From Gemmatimonadota bacterium (GTDB lineage: Bacteria; Latescibacterota; UBA2968; UBA8231): DNA of 22,631 nt. The stretch covers positions 1 to 22,631 of the forward strand of contig JAYOYH010000061.1 in NCBI GenBank assembly GCA_038153405.1, in the 5' to 3' direction. Shown here in pieces: positions 1 through 8,652 of the stretch. The notes beneath the pieces were generated by a model. That model saw nothing but the letters and a program-made list of their open reading frames with translations, had not been told where the DNA came from and did not search any database. The position numbers and the translations under genes are program-made. How positions within the stretch are numbered: position 1 is the first letter of the stretch; the number at the start of each line of letters is the position of its first letter.

Positions 1-53
<53 letters not shown>

Positions 54-65
54 TCGCAAGTAAAC

Positions 66-94
66 AATCTAACGCACGATACGATATCGCGCAA
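66..94 (-). promoter_or_regulatory. Sigma70-type promoter for tRNA-fMet
   Basis: Minus strand TTGCGC (94-89), 17 bp spacer, TAGATT (71-66), just upstream of the tRNA 5' end. Confidence 0.55.
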
Positions 95-105
95 CCCCTG
101 TGCTA

Positions 106-1464
106 TTACTCTTGGCCGTTTGCCGGCGTTTCGAGCCGTTTGAGTTGCACCTGGCCGATGCGCTGGCCATCCACTTTTAAAATCGTGACTTCGAGGGAAT
201 CGGCCTGAAAGCTCTGGCCCTCGGCCGGTATCTGCCCAAGGTGATCGAATATATAGCCGCCCAGCGTTTCAAATCCATTGTCGCTAGGCAGGTTGATCCC
301 CAATAAATCGTTGATGTCATCGATATCGATGCGGGCGTTGGCCAATAGCGTTTCGCCGGGCGCGACCCACTGAAAAAATTCTTCCTCGTCGTCGTCGTAT
401 TCATCCTGTATATCGCCGACGATTTCCTCCACTAAGTCTTCCGTCGTTACCAGACCGGCCGTGCCGCTGTACTCGTCGAGAACGATGGCCATGCGCATTC
501 TATTGCTCCGCATATCGTTGAGCAATATATCGATCTTCTTAGTCTCCGGCACGTAGTAGGGGGCGTGGATGAACTCAATGGTAGCCGACCCTTCGGGTGC
601 GTCTATGAGCTGCTTGAGTGGGGTCTGCAAGTCGACGCCGCCGTTGTCAAGCAGCAGCAAGTGCAACAGGTCTTTGGCATAGGCAATTCCGCGAATCTTA
701 TCGAGCGACTCGTCGTAGATGGGCAGGCGCGAGTGGCCTTTTTCCTTGATCTGCGTGATCAGATCATAGAGCGTGGCCGACTGCTCCAACGCCACCATAT
801 CGACCCGCGGTACCATGACTTCGCGCACGATGCGGTCGTGGAAACCGAACACGCCCTGAATCATTTCGCGCTCGCTTTCCTCGATGACGCCCGACTCGCC
901 CTCCGACTCGACGATGCTGCGCAGTTCCTCTTCTTTTTCTGCGCGAAAGTCTTCGTCGCTATAGTCGCCCGATGTCAGTTTGTCCAGCAGGCCGGTTAAG
1001 GGAGCAAGAAAGGCGTGCACGGGAACAAAGGCCATCGCCAGAGGCGCGATGCGGTTTTCTTCCCCCTCCTCGTCAAAGCGGAGTCGGCGCGGTGCCGAAA
1101 GGACCAAAAAAACGGCAAATAGCGCGCCCAAAAAAGACGTAGCCAAGCTGTAAGACGGCGGCAGGCCATTGGCCGCATAGAGCGGGTGCACTATGTATAG
1201 GAGGGATAGCGAACAGCTTATGACCCCAAAGGCTTCGCCGAGGCGGGCCATGAGGCGCAGCCTGTGTCTGGGCTCATATATTTTGAGCATGGCACGGGCG
1301 CGCGGCACGCCGTTTTCTACCAGCTTTTCCAGCGATGAGCGAGACAGCAGAATAAAGGTAGACTCATAGCTGGCCAGCAGGAAGAGTTCGAGAAGAGCGA
1401 GTAAAAATACAGCTGAGGCAATGAGCTGCCAAAACTGCAAAGGGTCAGCTTGCGGAGGTTCCAA
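106..1464 (-). CDS. Hemolysin-family / CNNM (DUF21)-CBS-CorC transporter-associated protein
   Basis: Hydrophobic N-terminal domain, EEELR..V..G..E.EREMI..VF.F....VREVMVPR, GHSRLPIY, MAIVLDEYSGTAGLVTTEDLVEEIVGDIQDEYD and a C-terminal CorC/HlyC segment FETLGGYI. TTG start with AAGGAG upstream. Confidence 0.92.
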   Translation of the reverse strand: MEPPQADPLQFWQLIASAVFLLALLELFLLASYESTFILLSRSSLEKLVENGVPRARAMLKIYEPRHRLRLMARLGEAFGVISCSLSLLYIVHPLYAANGLPPSYSLATSFLGALFAVFLVLSAPRRLRFDEEGEENRIAPLAMAFVPVHAFLAPLTGLLDKLTSGDYSDEDFRAEKEEELRSIVESEGESGVIEESEREMIQGVFGFHDRIVREVMVPRVDMVALEQSATLYDLITQIKEKGHSRLPIYDESLDKIRGIAYAKDLLHLLLLDNGGVDLQTPLKQLIDAPEGSATIEFIHAPYYVPETKKIDILLNDMRSNRMRMAIVLDEYSGTAGLVTTEDLVEEIVGDIQDEYDDDEEEFFQWVAPGETLLANARIDIDDINDLLGINLPSDNGFETLGGYIFDHLGQIPAEGQSFQADSLEVTILKVDGQRIGQVQLKRLETPANGQE

Positions 1465-1504
1465 GCAGGAGACTCCTTTCGGGAAAACTGTCGACCAAGA
1501 CAGT

Positions 1505-1966
1505 CTAGGTTGGCAGTAGGCCGAGCGCGTCTAATATTTCGTCGGTCTCCCGTTCCATGCGCTGCAGCGTTTCTTCTGTTTCGTGATCCCAGCCGCTCAG
1601 GTGAAGCAGGCCGTGGACGAAGAGGCGGGCCAGTTCTTCGGAAAGCGCCACGCGCATTTCCTCAGCCTGACGCCGGGCCTGTTCTACGGATATATAAATT
1701 TCTTTGTAGGCCGTTTCATCGCCTTCATCGATTGGTAACGGTGCTCCAAGATCAAAGGAGAGCACGTCGGTTGTGCGATCTTTGGCCCGAAACTGGGCGT
1801 TGAGTGCGTGCATATGGGCATCGTCGGTAAGGACGAGCATAATCGATCCGGTTAACCGGTGGCGTTGCTGGACCCGCTGGGCGAGTTCGTCAAATGTCGC
1901 ACCCAACTCCGGGGAGATGGCATCGTCTTTAATCGAGCACTCGATGTGTAGAATGGGCATGGGCAA
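1505..1966 (-). CDS. ybeY: rRNA maturation endoribonuclease YbeY (ATG at 1960 is an alternative start)
   Basis: LNAQFRAKDRTTDVLSF and the HGLLHLSGWDH zinc motif; usual position between phoH/HD and corC-like genes. Confidence 0.95.
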   Translation of the reverse strand: MPMPILHIECSIKDDAISPELGATFDELAQRVQQRHRLTGSIMLVLTDDAHMHALNAQFRAKDRTTDVLSFDLGAPLPIDEGDETAYKEIYISVEQARRQAEEMRVALSEELARLFVHGLLHLSGWDHETEETLQRMERETDEILDALGLLPT

Positions 1967-4237
1967 CTAGTTGCGACTGATCTGGGTTTGGCGCGCCAAC
2001 TGGGCGCGTTTTTGCCAAGGATATTCTACGCGCCCGTGCAGCGTGCCCATCAAAACAGGTATAAAGCTATCTTCGATCTTGTGCAAATCCTGCAGAGTCA
2101 GCGCGCACTCGTCGAGCTCGCCGGCGGTGAACTTTTGCTGGATGATATTGCCGACCAACTGGCGCACCCTATTGGGGGTCCGCTCGGCCAGGGTGCGCGC
2201 GGCTGATTCTACCGAATCGGCTAGCATGAGAATGCCCGCTTCGCGCGTTTGCGGGCGAGGTCCGTCATAGCGGAAGTCGTCTTTGCGCACGCCGCCGCTG
2301 CCCAGCTCGATGGCCCGGTTATAAAAGTACTCGATGACCGTCGTGCCGTGGTGTTGCGGAATGAGATCGCAAATCGATTTCGGCAGACCGTGTTCCTCGG
2401 CTAGCTCGAGGCCGTCTTTAACATGCGATGCAATAATGAGCATGCTCATATTCGGCGTGAGGTGGTCGTGCGGGTTCTTGCCGCCCCGCAGTCCTTGATT
2501 TTCGCTAAAATACTCCGGTTTAAGCATTTTGCCAATATCGTGATAGTAGCAACCAACCCGGACCAACAGCGCATTGGCACCGACCGCCTCGGCAGCGCTT
2601 TCGGAGAGATTGGCCATAATCAGGCTGTGCGTATAGGTGCCGGGGGCGCGGATGGCCAGCTCGCGCAGCAGGGGACGGTTGAGATCGGATAGCTCAAGCA
2701 GGGTGATGTCGGTCGTGATGTGAAACGCGCTTTCGAATATGGGCAGCAGACCGATTGTCAGAATGGGTGCCGCTACGCCCGTAAAAATGCCGGGCAAAAT
2801 ATGTCCGTACATAGCGTCAAGGGGAACAAAGCGCAGCAGGTCGGTCGCAGCGATGAGCAGGGTATAGGAAACGGGTAAAAAGATCATCGAGCGGTAAAAC
2901 TGGTTGCGATGGCGCACGTGGCGCACGGTGTATACGGCGACGGCCGCCGTAAGGGCGCAGGTAAGGGCGATGTAATAATCGCCGAAGAGACTGCCGATAA
3001 AGAGCGCTAGGACAAAGGACAGGACTAGGCCGGTTTGCGGCGAAAGCAAGATGGTCGCCAGCATGGCGACTAAGGGTGTCGGGACGAGAAATACGTCCAG
3101 CTCGTGCGCTTTGATATAGGCACCGATCGCCGCGGTGGAAACAGTTAGTATGGCCAGCAGGAGCAGCTGAGAGGGCTGGTTGAAAATGGCCAGCTCGCGC
3201 GTGGCCAAATAGTAGCCGAAGACAAATACGAGAAAGGCGGCAATCGTCGCCGAGGCAACTATTTGCAGAAGGCGCTTGATGGGGTTTTCGGCTTCGCGCT
3301 CGGCGACGCGCTCGGCCAGTGCATCAAGGGCTTCTATATGGGCTTCGCTGATCGTCGCGTTCTTTTCGACGATGGTATCGTCGGGCGCGTAGAGGCGTTT
3401 AATGCTGGCCACACCCGACCGCGCTTCGCCGCGCAGGCGCTCCGTTTGCACCGCGTCGATGCGCAGGTCGGGTTTGACGAAAAGCGATAGGAGTTCGTGA
3501 ACGGCCTCTACGGCATCGCGCTCTGAGATGGTGCGATAGGGCGCGATAACGTTCATCATTTGGCCCTGTTTGAGCTCCTCCTCGCTGTAGAGCAACCTGC
3601 TGTCTACCGTGCGCTTGTCCAGTCGCACCGCCGGGGTTGGTCCGGCTAGGATAGACGCTTTGGAATCGATAATGCCCGTCGTGTAAAAATTGGCCAGAAT
3701 TTGGCGACACACGGCCTGAAAATCTTCGACGTAGGGTTCGCTCGATGTCGAGAGAACGCGCATCAGCGTATGGAGGGCATCGACGGATAGCGAACCTATA
3801 ATGTGCGGTAGGGCCCTCTGCAGATGGCGCTGTTTGAGCGAATCGGCCATTTGCACGCGTATGGCCGGCACCATGATGGCAAATACGGAATCCAACTGCG
3901 CCAACTGGGTAGTGCCCACCGCGGGTGAGTGGATTAGCACGGTTGGGATGCCCGCTTCGACCTCGTCGCGCTCGCGCGCCAGTTCGCTTGCGCTTTTGGG
4001 CACGTGAAAGAGGAACGGGGCTTTGACGCTCTCCTGCGCCGTATTGCCGACGCGCAAGACGGGGATGTTATAGGGCCGTTGGTATGGGGAGAAATAGGTC
4101 AGCAGCGCGATGACGATGCCCGCCAAGAGAAAGCGAAACAGCCCCAGCGTATGGGTAGACCAGGGCATGCTCTGGTGTGCGGAGTGTCTGCCGCGCGGCA
4201 TGGGCAGCCAAGAAGGGGCCAACTGACGTAGATTCAT
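1967..4237 (-). CDS. 7TM-HD (HDIG) membrane phosphohydrolase, PgpH-like
   Basis: N-terminal TM helix, large extracytoplasmic domain, multi-TM block, then APGTYTHS, YYHDIGKMLKPEYFSENQ, QHHGT and YDGPRPQTREAGILMLADSVE. Confidence 0.92.
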   Translation of the reverse strand: MNLRQLAPSWLPMPRGRHSAHQSMPWSTHTLGLFRFLLAGIVIALLTYFSPYQRPYNIPVLRVGNTAQESVKAPFLFHVPKSASELARERDEVEAGIPTVLIHSPAVGTTQLAQLDSVFAIMVPAIRVQMADSLKQRHLQRALPHIIGSLSVDALHTLMRVLSTSSEPYVEDFQAVCRQILANFYTTGIIDSKASILAGPTPAVRLDKRTVDSRLLYSEEELKQGQMMNVIAPYRTISERDAVEAVHELLSLFVKPDLRIDAVQTERLRGEARSGVASIKRLYAPDDTIVEKNATISEAHIEALDALAERVAEREAENPIKRLLQIVASATIAAFLVFVFGYYLATRELAIFNQPSQLLLLAILTVSTAAIGAYIKAHELDVFLVPTPLVAMLATILLSPQTGLVLSFVLALFIGSLFGDYYIALTCALTAAVAVYTVRHVRHRNQFYRSMIFLPVSYTLLIAATDLLRFVPLDAMYGHILPGIFTGVAAPILTIGLLPIFESAFHITTDITLLELSDLNRPLLRELAIRAPGTYTHSLIMANLSESAAEAVGANALLVRVGCYYHDIGKMLKPEYFSENQGLRGGKNPHDHLTPNMSMLIIASHVKDGLELAEEHGLPKSICDLIPQHHGTTVIEYFYNRAIELGSGGVRKDDFRYDGPRPQTREAGILMLADSVESAARTLAERTPNRVRQLVGNIIQQKFTAGELDECALTLQDLHKIEDSFIPVLMGTLHGRVEYPWQKRAQLARQTQISRN

Positions 4238-4249
4238 CGGAATAGAAGA

Positions 4250-5215
4250 CTACCTGTTCGTTGGGTTCGACGGCGGCTCGTAGCGCTCGTACGCCTTTAT
4301 GATTTTCTGCACCAGCGGATTGCGCACGACGTCGCCCTCGTTGAGGTAGACAAAAGACAAGCCGTCGATATCGGTCAGTATCTTGGGGGCCTCGGCCAGG
4401 CCAGAGGGCTGGTCCTTGCCCAAGTCGGTCTGCGTGATATCGCCGGTGACTACCGCTTTGGAGTGTGCGCCGAGGCGAGTGAGAAACATCTTCATTTGCT
4501 GTGGCGTAGTATTTTGCGCTTCGTCGAGAATGATAAACGCATCGTTGAGCGTGCGCCCGCGCATATAGGCGAGGGGAATGACCTCGATCACTTTCATGCT
4601 CTGCAGTCGCCCTAGCCGCTCTGGCTCCATCAGGTCTTGCAGGGCATCGTAGAGCGGGCGCAAGTAGGGATCGACCTTGTCTTCAAAGGTGCCGGGAAGA
4701 AAGCCGAGTTTCTCGCCTGCCTCCACGGCGGGGCGCGCCAGCAGTATGCGCGAAACCTGCTTTTGCCGCAGTGCCGCCACCGCCATGGCGACGGCCAGGT
4801 AGGTTTTACCCGTGCCCGCGGGGCCAATGCCAAAGACGATATCGTTTTGGGCCATGGCTTCTAAGTAGCGTTTCTGTCCGACCGTGCGCGCGCGGATGAG
4901 GCCCTTGTACGTGCGCGCCGTCCCGAGGGCATCGGCGCCTTCTTCAAAAGGGGGCGGCAGCGGGTTCTGCTGGATGAGCTCGGCAAGCTCTGTCGCGTCG
5001 ACCTGTGGGTCGTCGCGCAAGCGCTCAATCAGATGCGAAATCAGACCGGAGGCCTCCTGCAGCGAATCGGAACTGCCCGTCATCTGTAACTCTTCGCCGC
5101 GCGCGACCAAGCCAATGCCGTATTTCTTCTCAATACGATGAAGGTGCTCATCGTGTTTGCCAAACAAGGTTAGGGGATCGATACCCGTAAGGGAAAGCGT
5201 CTGTTTTTGGGTCAA
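4250..5215 (-). CDS. phoH: PhoH-family ATPase (YbeZ/PhoH-like)
   Basis: GPAGTGKT Walker A, EAGEKLGFLPG, YMRGRTL and DEAQN. Start placed at the in-frame TTG 5215 because the ORF-track ATG at 5263 lies inside a terminator hairpin. Confidence 0.93.
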   Translation of the reverse strand: MTQKQTLSLTGIDPLTLFGKHDEHLHRIEKKYGIGLVARGEELQMTGSSDSLQEASGLISHLIERLRDDPQVDATELAELIQQNPLPPPFEEGADALGTARTYKGLIRARTVGQKRYLEAMAQNDIVFGIGPAGTGKTYLAVAMAVAALRQKQVSRILLARPAVEAGEKLGFLPGTFEDKVDPYLRPLYDALQDLMEPERLGRLQSMKVIEVIPLAYMRGRTLNDAFIILDEAQNTTPQQMKMFLTRLGAHSKAVVTGDITQTDLGKDQPSGLAEAPKILTDIDGLSFVYLNEGDVVRNPLVQKIIKAYERYEPPSNPTNR

Positions 5216-5239
5216 TTTAGCCCGGGTGATTAGAAATGC

Positions 5240-5287
5240 AAAAAGGGGTTTGCATCCTTCCATTGAAGGAGGAACAAACCCCTTTTT
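5240..5287 (-). terminator. Intrinsic terminator downstream of the LysM gene (possibly bidirectional)
   Basis: AAAAAGGGGTTTG (5240-5252) pairs with CAAACCCCTTTTT (5275-5287), with inner stem TCCTTC/GAAGGA and a T-run on both strands. Confidence 0.8.
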
Positions 5288-5329
5288 ACATATGTGTTGT
5301 TTTGCTAAATCAAATGCAAACAGGCCGTT

Positions 5330-6166
5330 CTAGTTGCTGGGAATCTCCAGCACTTGAGCCGGAAAGATCAGGTGGGGCTCGACGACCTGCACTTTGTTAG
5401 CCTCGTAAATCTTGTGCCACTTGCTAGCGTCGTTATACACCTCGGCCGCGATCTTAAACAGGAAATCGCCGCGCGTAACCAGATACTGGTTTTCCGCCAC
5501 GCCAAAGGGAACGGCCAGCTTTTGCTTGGGGTAGATCAAGTCGGGGTCTTTGATCGCCTCTTTATTGGCGCGATAAATGCGCGGCCACATATAGGGGTCG
5601 TCGTAAACGCTTTCCTTTTTGGCGATATTCCACAGGTTGTCGCCCCGTTCGACCATGTAGTCAACCGTAACGGGTTGGGCGATGCGAGCTCTTATCTGCT
5701 CCAGCAGCTGATCGATCTGGGCCAATTTATCGGCCATCTCGGGCAGGGCCGCCATTTTGTCGCCCTTCATATCTGCCACTTCAGCGGCAAGCGCCTTGGC
5801 TTCGCCGCGGCGCTGGATCAGCACTTCCGGGGCCAGTGACAGCAGGCCTTCCAACTGGCCGGCAATGGCGTCGAGTCGCTGGCCGTAGGCCGCCACTTCG
5901 CTGGTGGTCGCATCGACGTGCGTGAGAATTTGATCGTTGAGGTCGGCAATGGCCATATCGCATGCACTTGCTTGACCGTTTAAATCGTCAATCTGGCGAG
6001 TTAGCGCCTCAATCTGCTGGGTCGCGGCCCCTTCCCGCTGCTGCAGGTCGGCTATCTGCGCGACGTATTCGTCGCGCGTCATTTTCTTCTCTTCTTGGGC
6101 TTGCGCGGTTGCGCTCAGGCTAACCAACAGCGCCAGAGCTAAGCCGCTTGCGAAAGTCTTTTTCAT
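5330..6166 (-). CDS. Secreted coiled-coil protein with two C-terminal LysM domains
   Basis: Signal peptide MKKTFASGLALALLVSLSATAQA, heptad-rich N-half, YMVERGDNLWNIAK...IYRANKEAIKDPDLIYPKQKLAVP and YLVTRGDFLFKIAAEVY...IYEANK...LIFPAQVLEIP. Confidence 0.9.
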   Translation of the reverse strand: MKKTFASGLALALLVSLSATAQAQEEKKMTRDEYVAQIADLQQREGAATQQIEALTRQIDDLNGQASACDMAIADLNDQILTHVDATTSEVAAYGQRLDAIAGQLEGLLSLAPEVLIQRRGEAKALAAEVADMKGDKMAALPEMADKLAQIDQLLEQIRARIAQPVTVDYMVERGDNLWNIAKKESVYDDPYMWPRIYRANKEAIKDPDLIYPKQKLAVPFGVAENQYLVTRGDFLFKIAAEVYNDASKWHKIYEANKVQVVEPHLIFPAQVLEIPSN

Positions 6167-6189
6167 GGCAATCAGGCTCCTGCGCTCGG

Positions 6190-6456
6190 TTAGTTGTCCA
6201 AGTTGGCTTTAGTGTCGGCCAACTTCTGTTCCAGTGCATCTTTCGTCGACTTTTTCTCGGCGAGTTGGCGTTCTAAGCTCGCCTTTTCTGCCTGGAGGTC
6301 CACGACCTTTTGCTCGGCAGCTTCAGTAGCCAAACGCTGCTTTTCCAGAGCGGCCATTTCCTCTTGCGAAACCCCTCCGCAGCCGACTGCGAGAGGCAGG
6401 GCCAAGGCAGCCAGGCCGATGCCCAATCTCCTGCTGATTGCAAAACGACGGATCAT
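6190..6456 (-). CDS. Small coiled-coil lipoprotein
   Basis: Basic N-terminus, hydrophobic core and lipobox LAVG-C26, followed by a 63-residue heptad-repeat helix. GGAGG RBS upstream. Confidence 0.82.
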   Translation of the reverse strand: MIRRFAISRRLGIGLAALALPLAVGCGGVSQEEMAALEKQRLATEAAEQKVVDLQAEKASLERQLAEKKSTKDALEQKLADTKANLDN

Positions 6457-6556
6457 CTAAAATTTCCTCCGCTGGCGATATATCACAAATGGGAGACGGA
6501 ACACCCGCACAGCGGCGTCCGAATGCGCTCACGAACTCTGTGTAACACGCGGTCAA

Positions 6557-6585
6557 AAGGTAATATGCCCCTAGGGCGATGTCAA
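6557..6585 (-). promoter_or_regulatory. Sigma70-type promoter for the lipoprotein-LysM pair
   Basis: Minus strand TTGACA (6585-6580), 17 bp spacer, TACCTT (6562-6557). Confidence 0.65.
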
Positions 6586-6610
6586 GTATAAAACAAATAG
6601 ATAAGCACCG

Positions 6611-8398
6611 TTATGGGATCGTGCGGATGCCCAATTCGCGCAGTTGTTTCTCCTCCGGGTGCGAAGGCGAATGTTCCATCAGACCTACGGCCTTGTTCGT
6701 CTTGGGAAAGGCGATCACGTCGCGGATCGAATCTTCGCCGGCCAGCAGGGCTACCAAGCGATCAAAGCCAAAGGCGATGCCGCCGTGCGGAGGCGCACCG
6801 TATTCTAGTGCCTCGAGCAAGAAGCCGAATTTCTCCGCGGCTTCCTGTGGTGTAAGTGCAAGTAAATCAAATAGTTTGCTCTGGACAGAGCGCTGCGATA
6901 TACGAATGCTACCACCGGCAATTTCATTGCCGTTTAGCACCAGATCGTAGGCGCGGGCGCGGGCGGACAGCGGATCGCTGTTTAGCAGGTGGACATCCGC
7001 TTCCATCGGCGAGGTGAACGGGTGGTGTATGGCAACCATGCGGTCCTCTTCCTCATCCCTCTCGAGCAGGGGGAACTCCGTGATCCACAGCGGTTTCCAG
7101 TTTTCCTTGTCGATCAGGCTGAGTCGGCGCGCCAATTCGAGTCGCAGGGCCCCGAGAACGCGGGCGACAACGCTGGGTTGGTCGGCGACAAAGAGCAACA
7201 GGTCGCCCGGCTCAGAGCTCAGCTCTTCGATGAGCGTTTGCTGCGCGGCTTCGGGGAAGAACTTGACGATGGACGATTCGAGGCCGTTGTCGGTGTGCTT
7301 GATCCAGCTGAGGCCTTTGGCGCCGGCGTCCTGCGCGAAGGCGATTAGGTCGTCTACCTGGCTGCGGGAAAAGTCGCTGCAGCCCTTGGCGTTAATGGCT
7401 TTGACCTGTCCGCCCGACTCGAGCACGTTCTGAAATACCTTGAATTCGGAGGCGCGCGCGGCCCCTTCTGCCCCTTGCAGTTCTAAGCCGAAGCGCAGGT
7501 CGGGTTTGTCGGAGCCAAAGCGGTCCATGGCCTCGGCGTAGGTGAGCCTGGGAAAGGGGTTGGGCAATTCGATGCCGCGCAGCTGGGCAAAGAGGGTGCG
7601 CGCCAGGTTTTCCGCAATGCCCATGACGTGGTCTTCGCGGACAAAGGACATCTCAATGTCGATTTGAGTGAATTCGGGCTGTCGATCGGCGCGCAGATCC
7701 TCGTCGCGAAAGCACTTGACGATCTGGAAATAGCGGTCGTAGCCCGAGACCATCAGCAGCTGCTTGTAGGTTTGAGGGGACTGCGGTAGGGCAAAAAACT
7801 GGCCGGGATGCACTCTGCTGGGGACCAAGTAGTCGCGCGCGCCCTCAGGCGTGCTCTTGGTGAGAAAGGGCGTTTCTACCTCGATAAATTGGTGGCCGTC
7901 CAAAAAGGCACGCGTCGCCTGATAGGCTTTGTGGCGCAGCGTCAGGTTGCGCTGCATGCGCGTGCGGCGCAGGTCGAGGTAGCGGTGGCGCAGGCGAATT
8001 TCTTCGCCGGTGTCTATGGAATCCTCTATGAGGAAGGGAGGCGTCGGGCTGGTATTGAGGATGCGCAGGTCGTCGCAGTTGACCTCGATGGCGCCGGTGG
8101 CCAACTTTTCGTTGACCATGCCCTCAGGACGCGCCTCCACCTCGCCGCGCGCAGCGATGACAAATTCGCTGCGCAAGTGGTCGGCCTTGGCGTGTGCCGC
8201 CGCGTCGCGCTGTGGATTGAATACGATTTGCGTCAGCCCGTAGCGGTCGCGTAGGTCGATGAAGATAACTCCGCCGTGATCGCGGCGCCGGGCGACCCAA
8301 CCCATTAGCAAAACGCGCTGTCCCACTTCGTTGGAACCGAGTGCACCACAGGTATGTGAGCGCTCCCAATCGCCGAGAAATTCCGTTTCAAGCGTCAT
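6611..8398 (-). CDS. aspS: Aspartate--tRNA ligase, probably non-discriminating (Asp/Asn)
   Basis: RSHTCG, RRRDHGGVIFIDLRDRYG, STPEGARDYLVPSR, ALPQSPQTYKQLLM, FRDEDLRADRQPEFTQID and GAPPHGGIAFGFDR. Start set at ATG 8398 (MTLETEF). Confidence 0.97.
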   Translation of the reverse strand: MTLETEFLGDWERSHTCGALGSNEVGQRVLLMGWVARRRDHGGVIFIDLRDRYGLTQIVFNPQRDAAAHAKADHLRSEFVIAARGEVEARPEGMVNEKLATGAIEVNCDDLRILNTSPTPPFLIEDSIDTGEEIRLRHRYLDLRRTRMQRNLTLRHKAYQATRAFLDGHQFIEVETPFLTKSTPEGARDYLVPSRVHPGQFFALPQSPQTYKQLLMVSGYDRYFQIVKCFRDEDLRADRQPEFTQIDIEMSFVREDHVMGIAENLARTLFAQLRGIELPNPFPRLTYAEAMDRFGSDKPDLRFGLELQGAEGAARASEFKVFQNVLESGGQVKAINAKGCSDFSRSQVDDLIAFAQDAGAKGLSWIKHTDNGLESSIVKFFPEAAQQTLIEELSSEPGDLLLFVADQPSVVARVLGALRLELARRLSLIDKENWKPLWITEFPLLERDEEEDRMVAIHHPFTSPMEADVHLLNSDPLSARARAYDLVLNGNEIAGGSIRISQRSVQSKLFDLLALTPQEAAEKFGFLLEALEYGAPPHGGIAFGFDRLVALLAGEDSIRDVIAFPKTNKAVGLMEHSPSHPEEKQLRELGIRTIP

Positions 8399-8451
8399 GA
8401 TAAAAATTCTTTTAAAGAGGTGATTTCGTAGCAAAAAGCGGCAAACAAGCA

Positions 8452-8480
8452 AAACTAACGGTTGGTTTTGCCAGTGTCAA
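8452..8480 (-). promoter_or_regulatory. Sigma70-type promoter for aspS
   Basis: Minus strand TTGACA (8480-8475), 17 bp spacer, TAGTTT (8457-8452). Confidence 0.65.
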
Positions 8481-8497
8481 GCTGGTGCGCGGCTAGT

Positions 8498-8525
8498 TTG
8501 ACAGCGCAGAGGCGGCCGGTATATT
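8498..8525 (+). promoter_or_regulatory. Sigma70-type promoter for the cysM-cysK operon
   Basis: TTGACA (8498-8503), 16 bp spacer, TATATT (8520-8525). Confidence 0.65.
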
Positions 8526-8652
8526 TGCTCTGAACTAGCAGACGGCACTATAGTGAAGGGAGATCTGTATTGTCAGAAGTTAAGCCGGTGAAACCGTGCG
8601 GGCAGACTGGGCGGATTCATCGCGTGCGAGGTGGGGGGGATCCGGCGTGAGT

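Noticed and set aside
5216..5263. ORF-track N-terminal extension of PhoH (similarly 8399-8452 for AspS)
   Set aside because: The extensions run through a terminator hairpin or the promoter-proximal leader, and downstream starts fit the family lengths better.
6469..6515. CCGCTG/CAGCGG pairing that could occlude the lipoprotein RBS
   Set aside because: Only 6 bp in GC-rich DNA, which is expected by chance.
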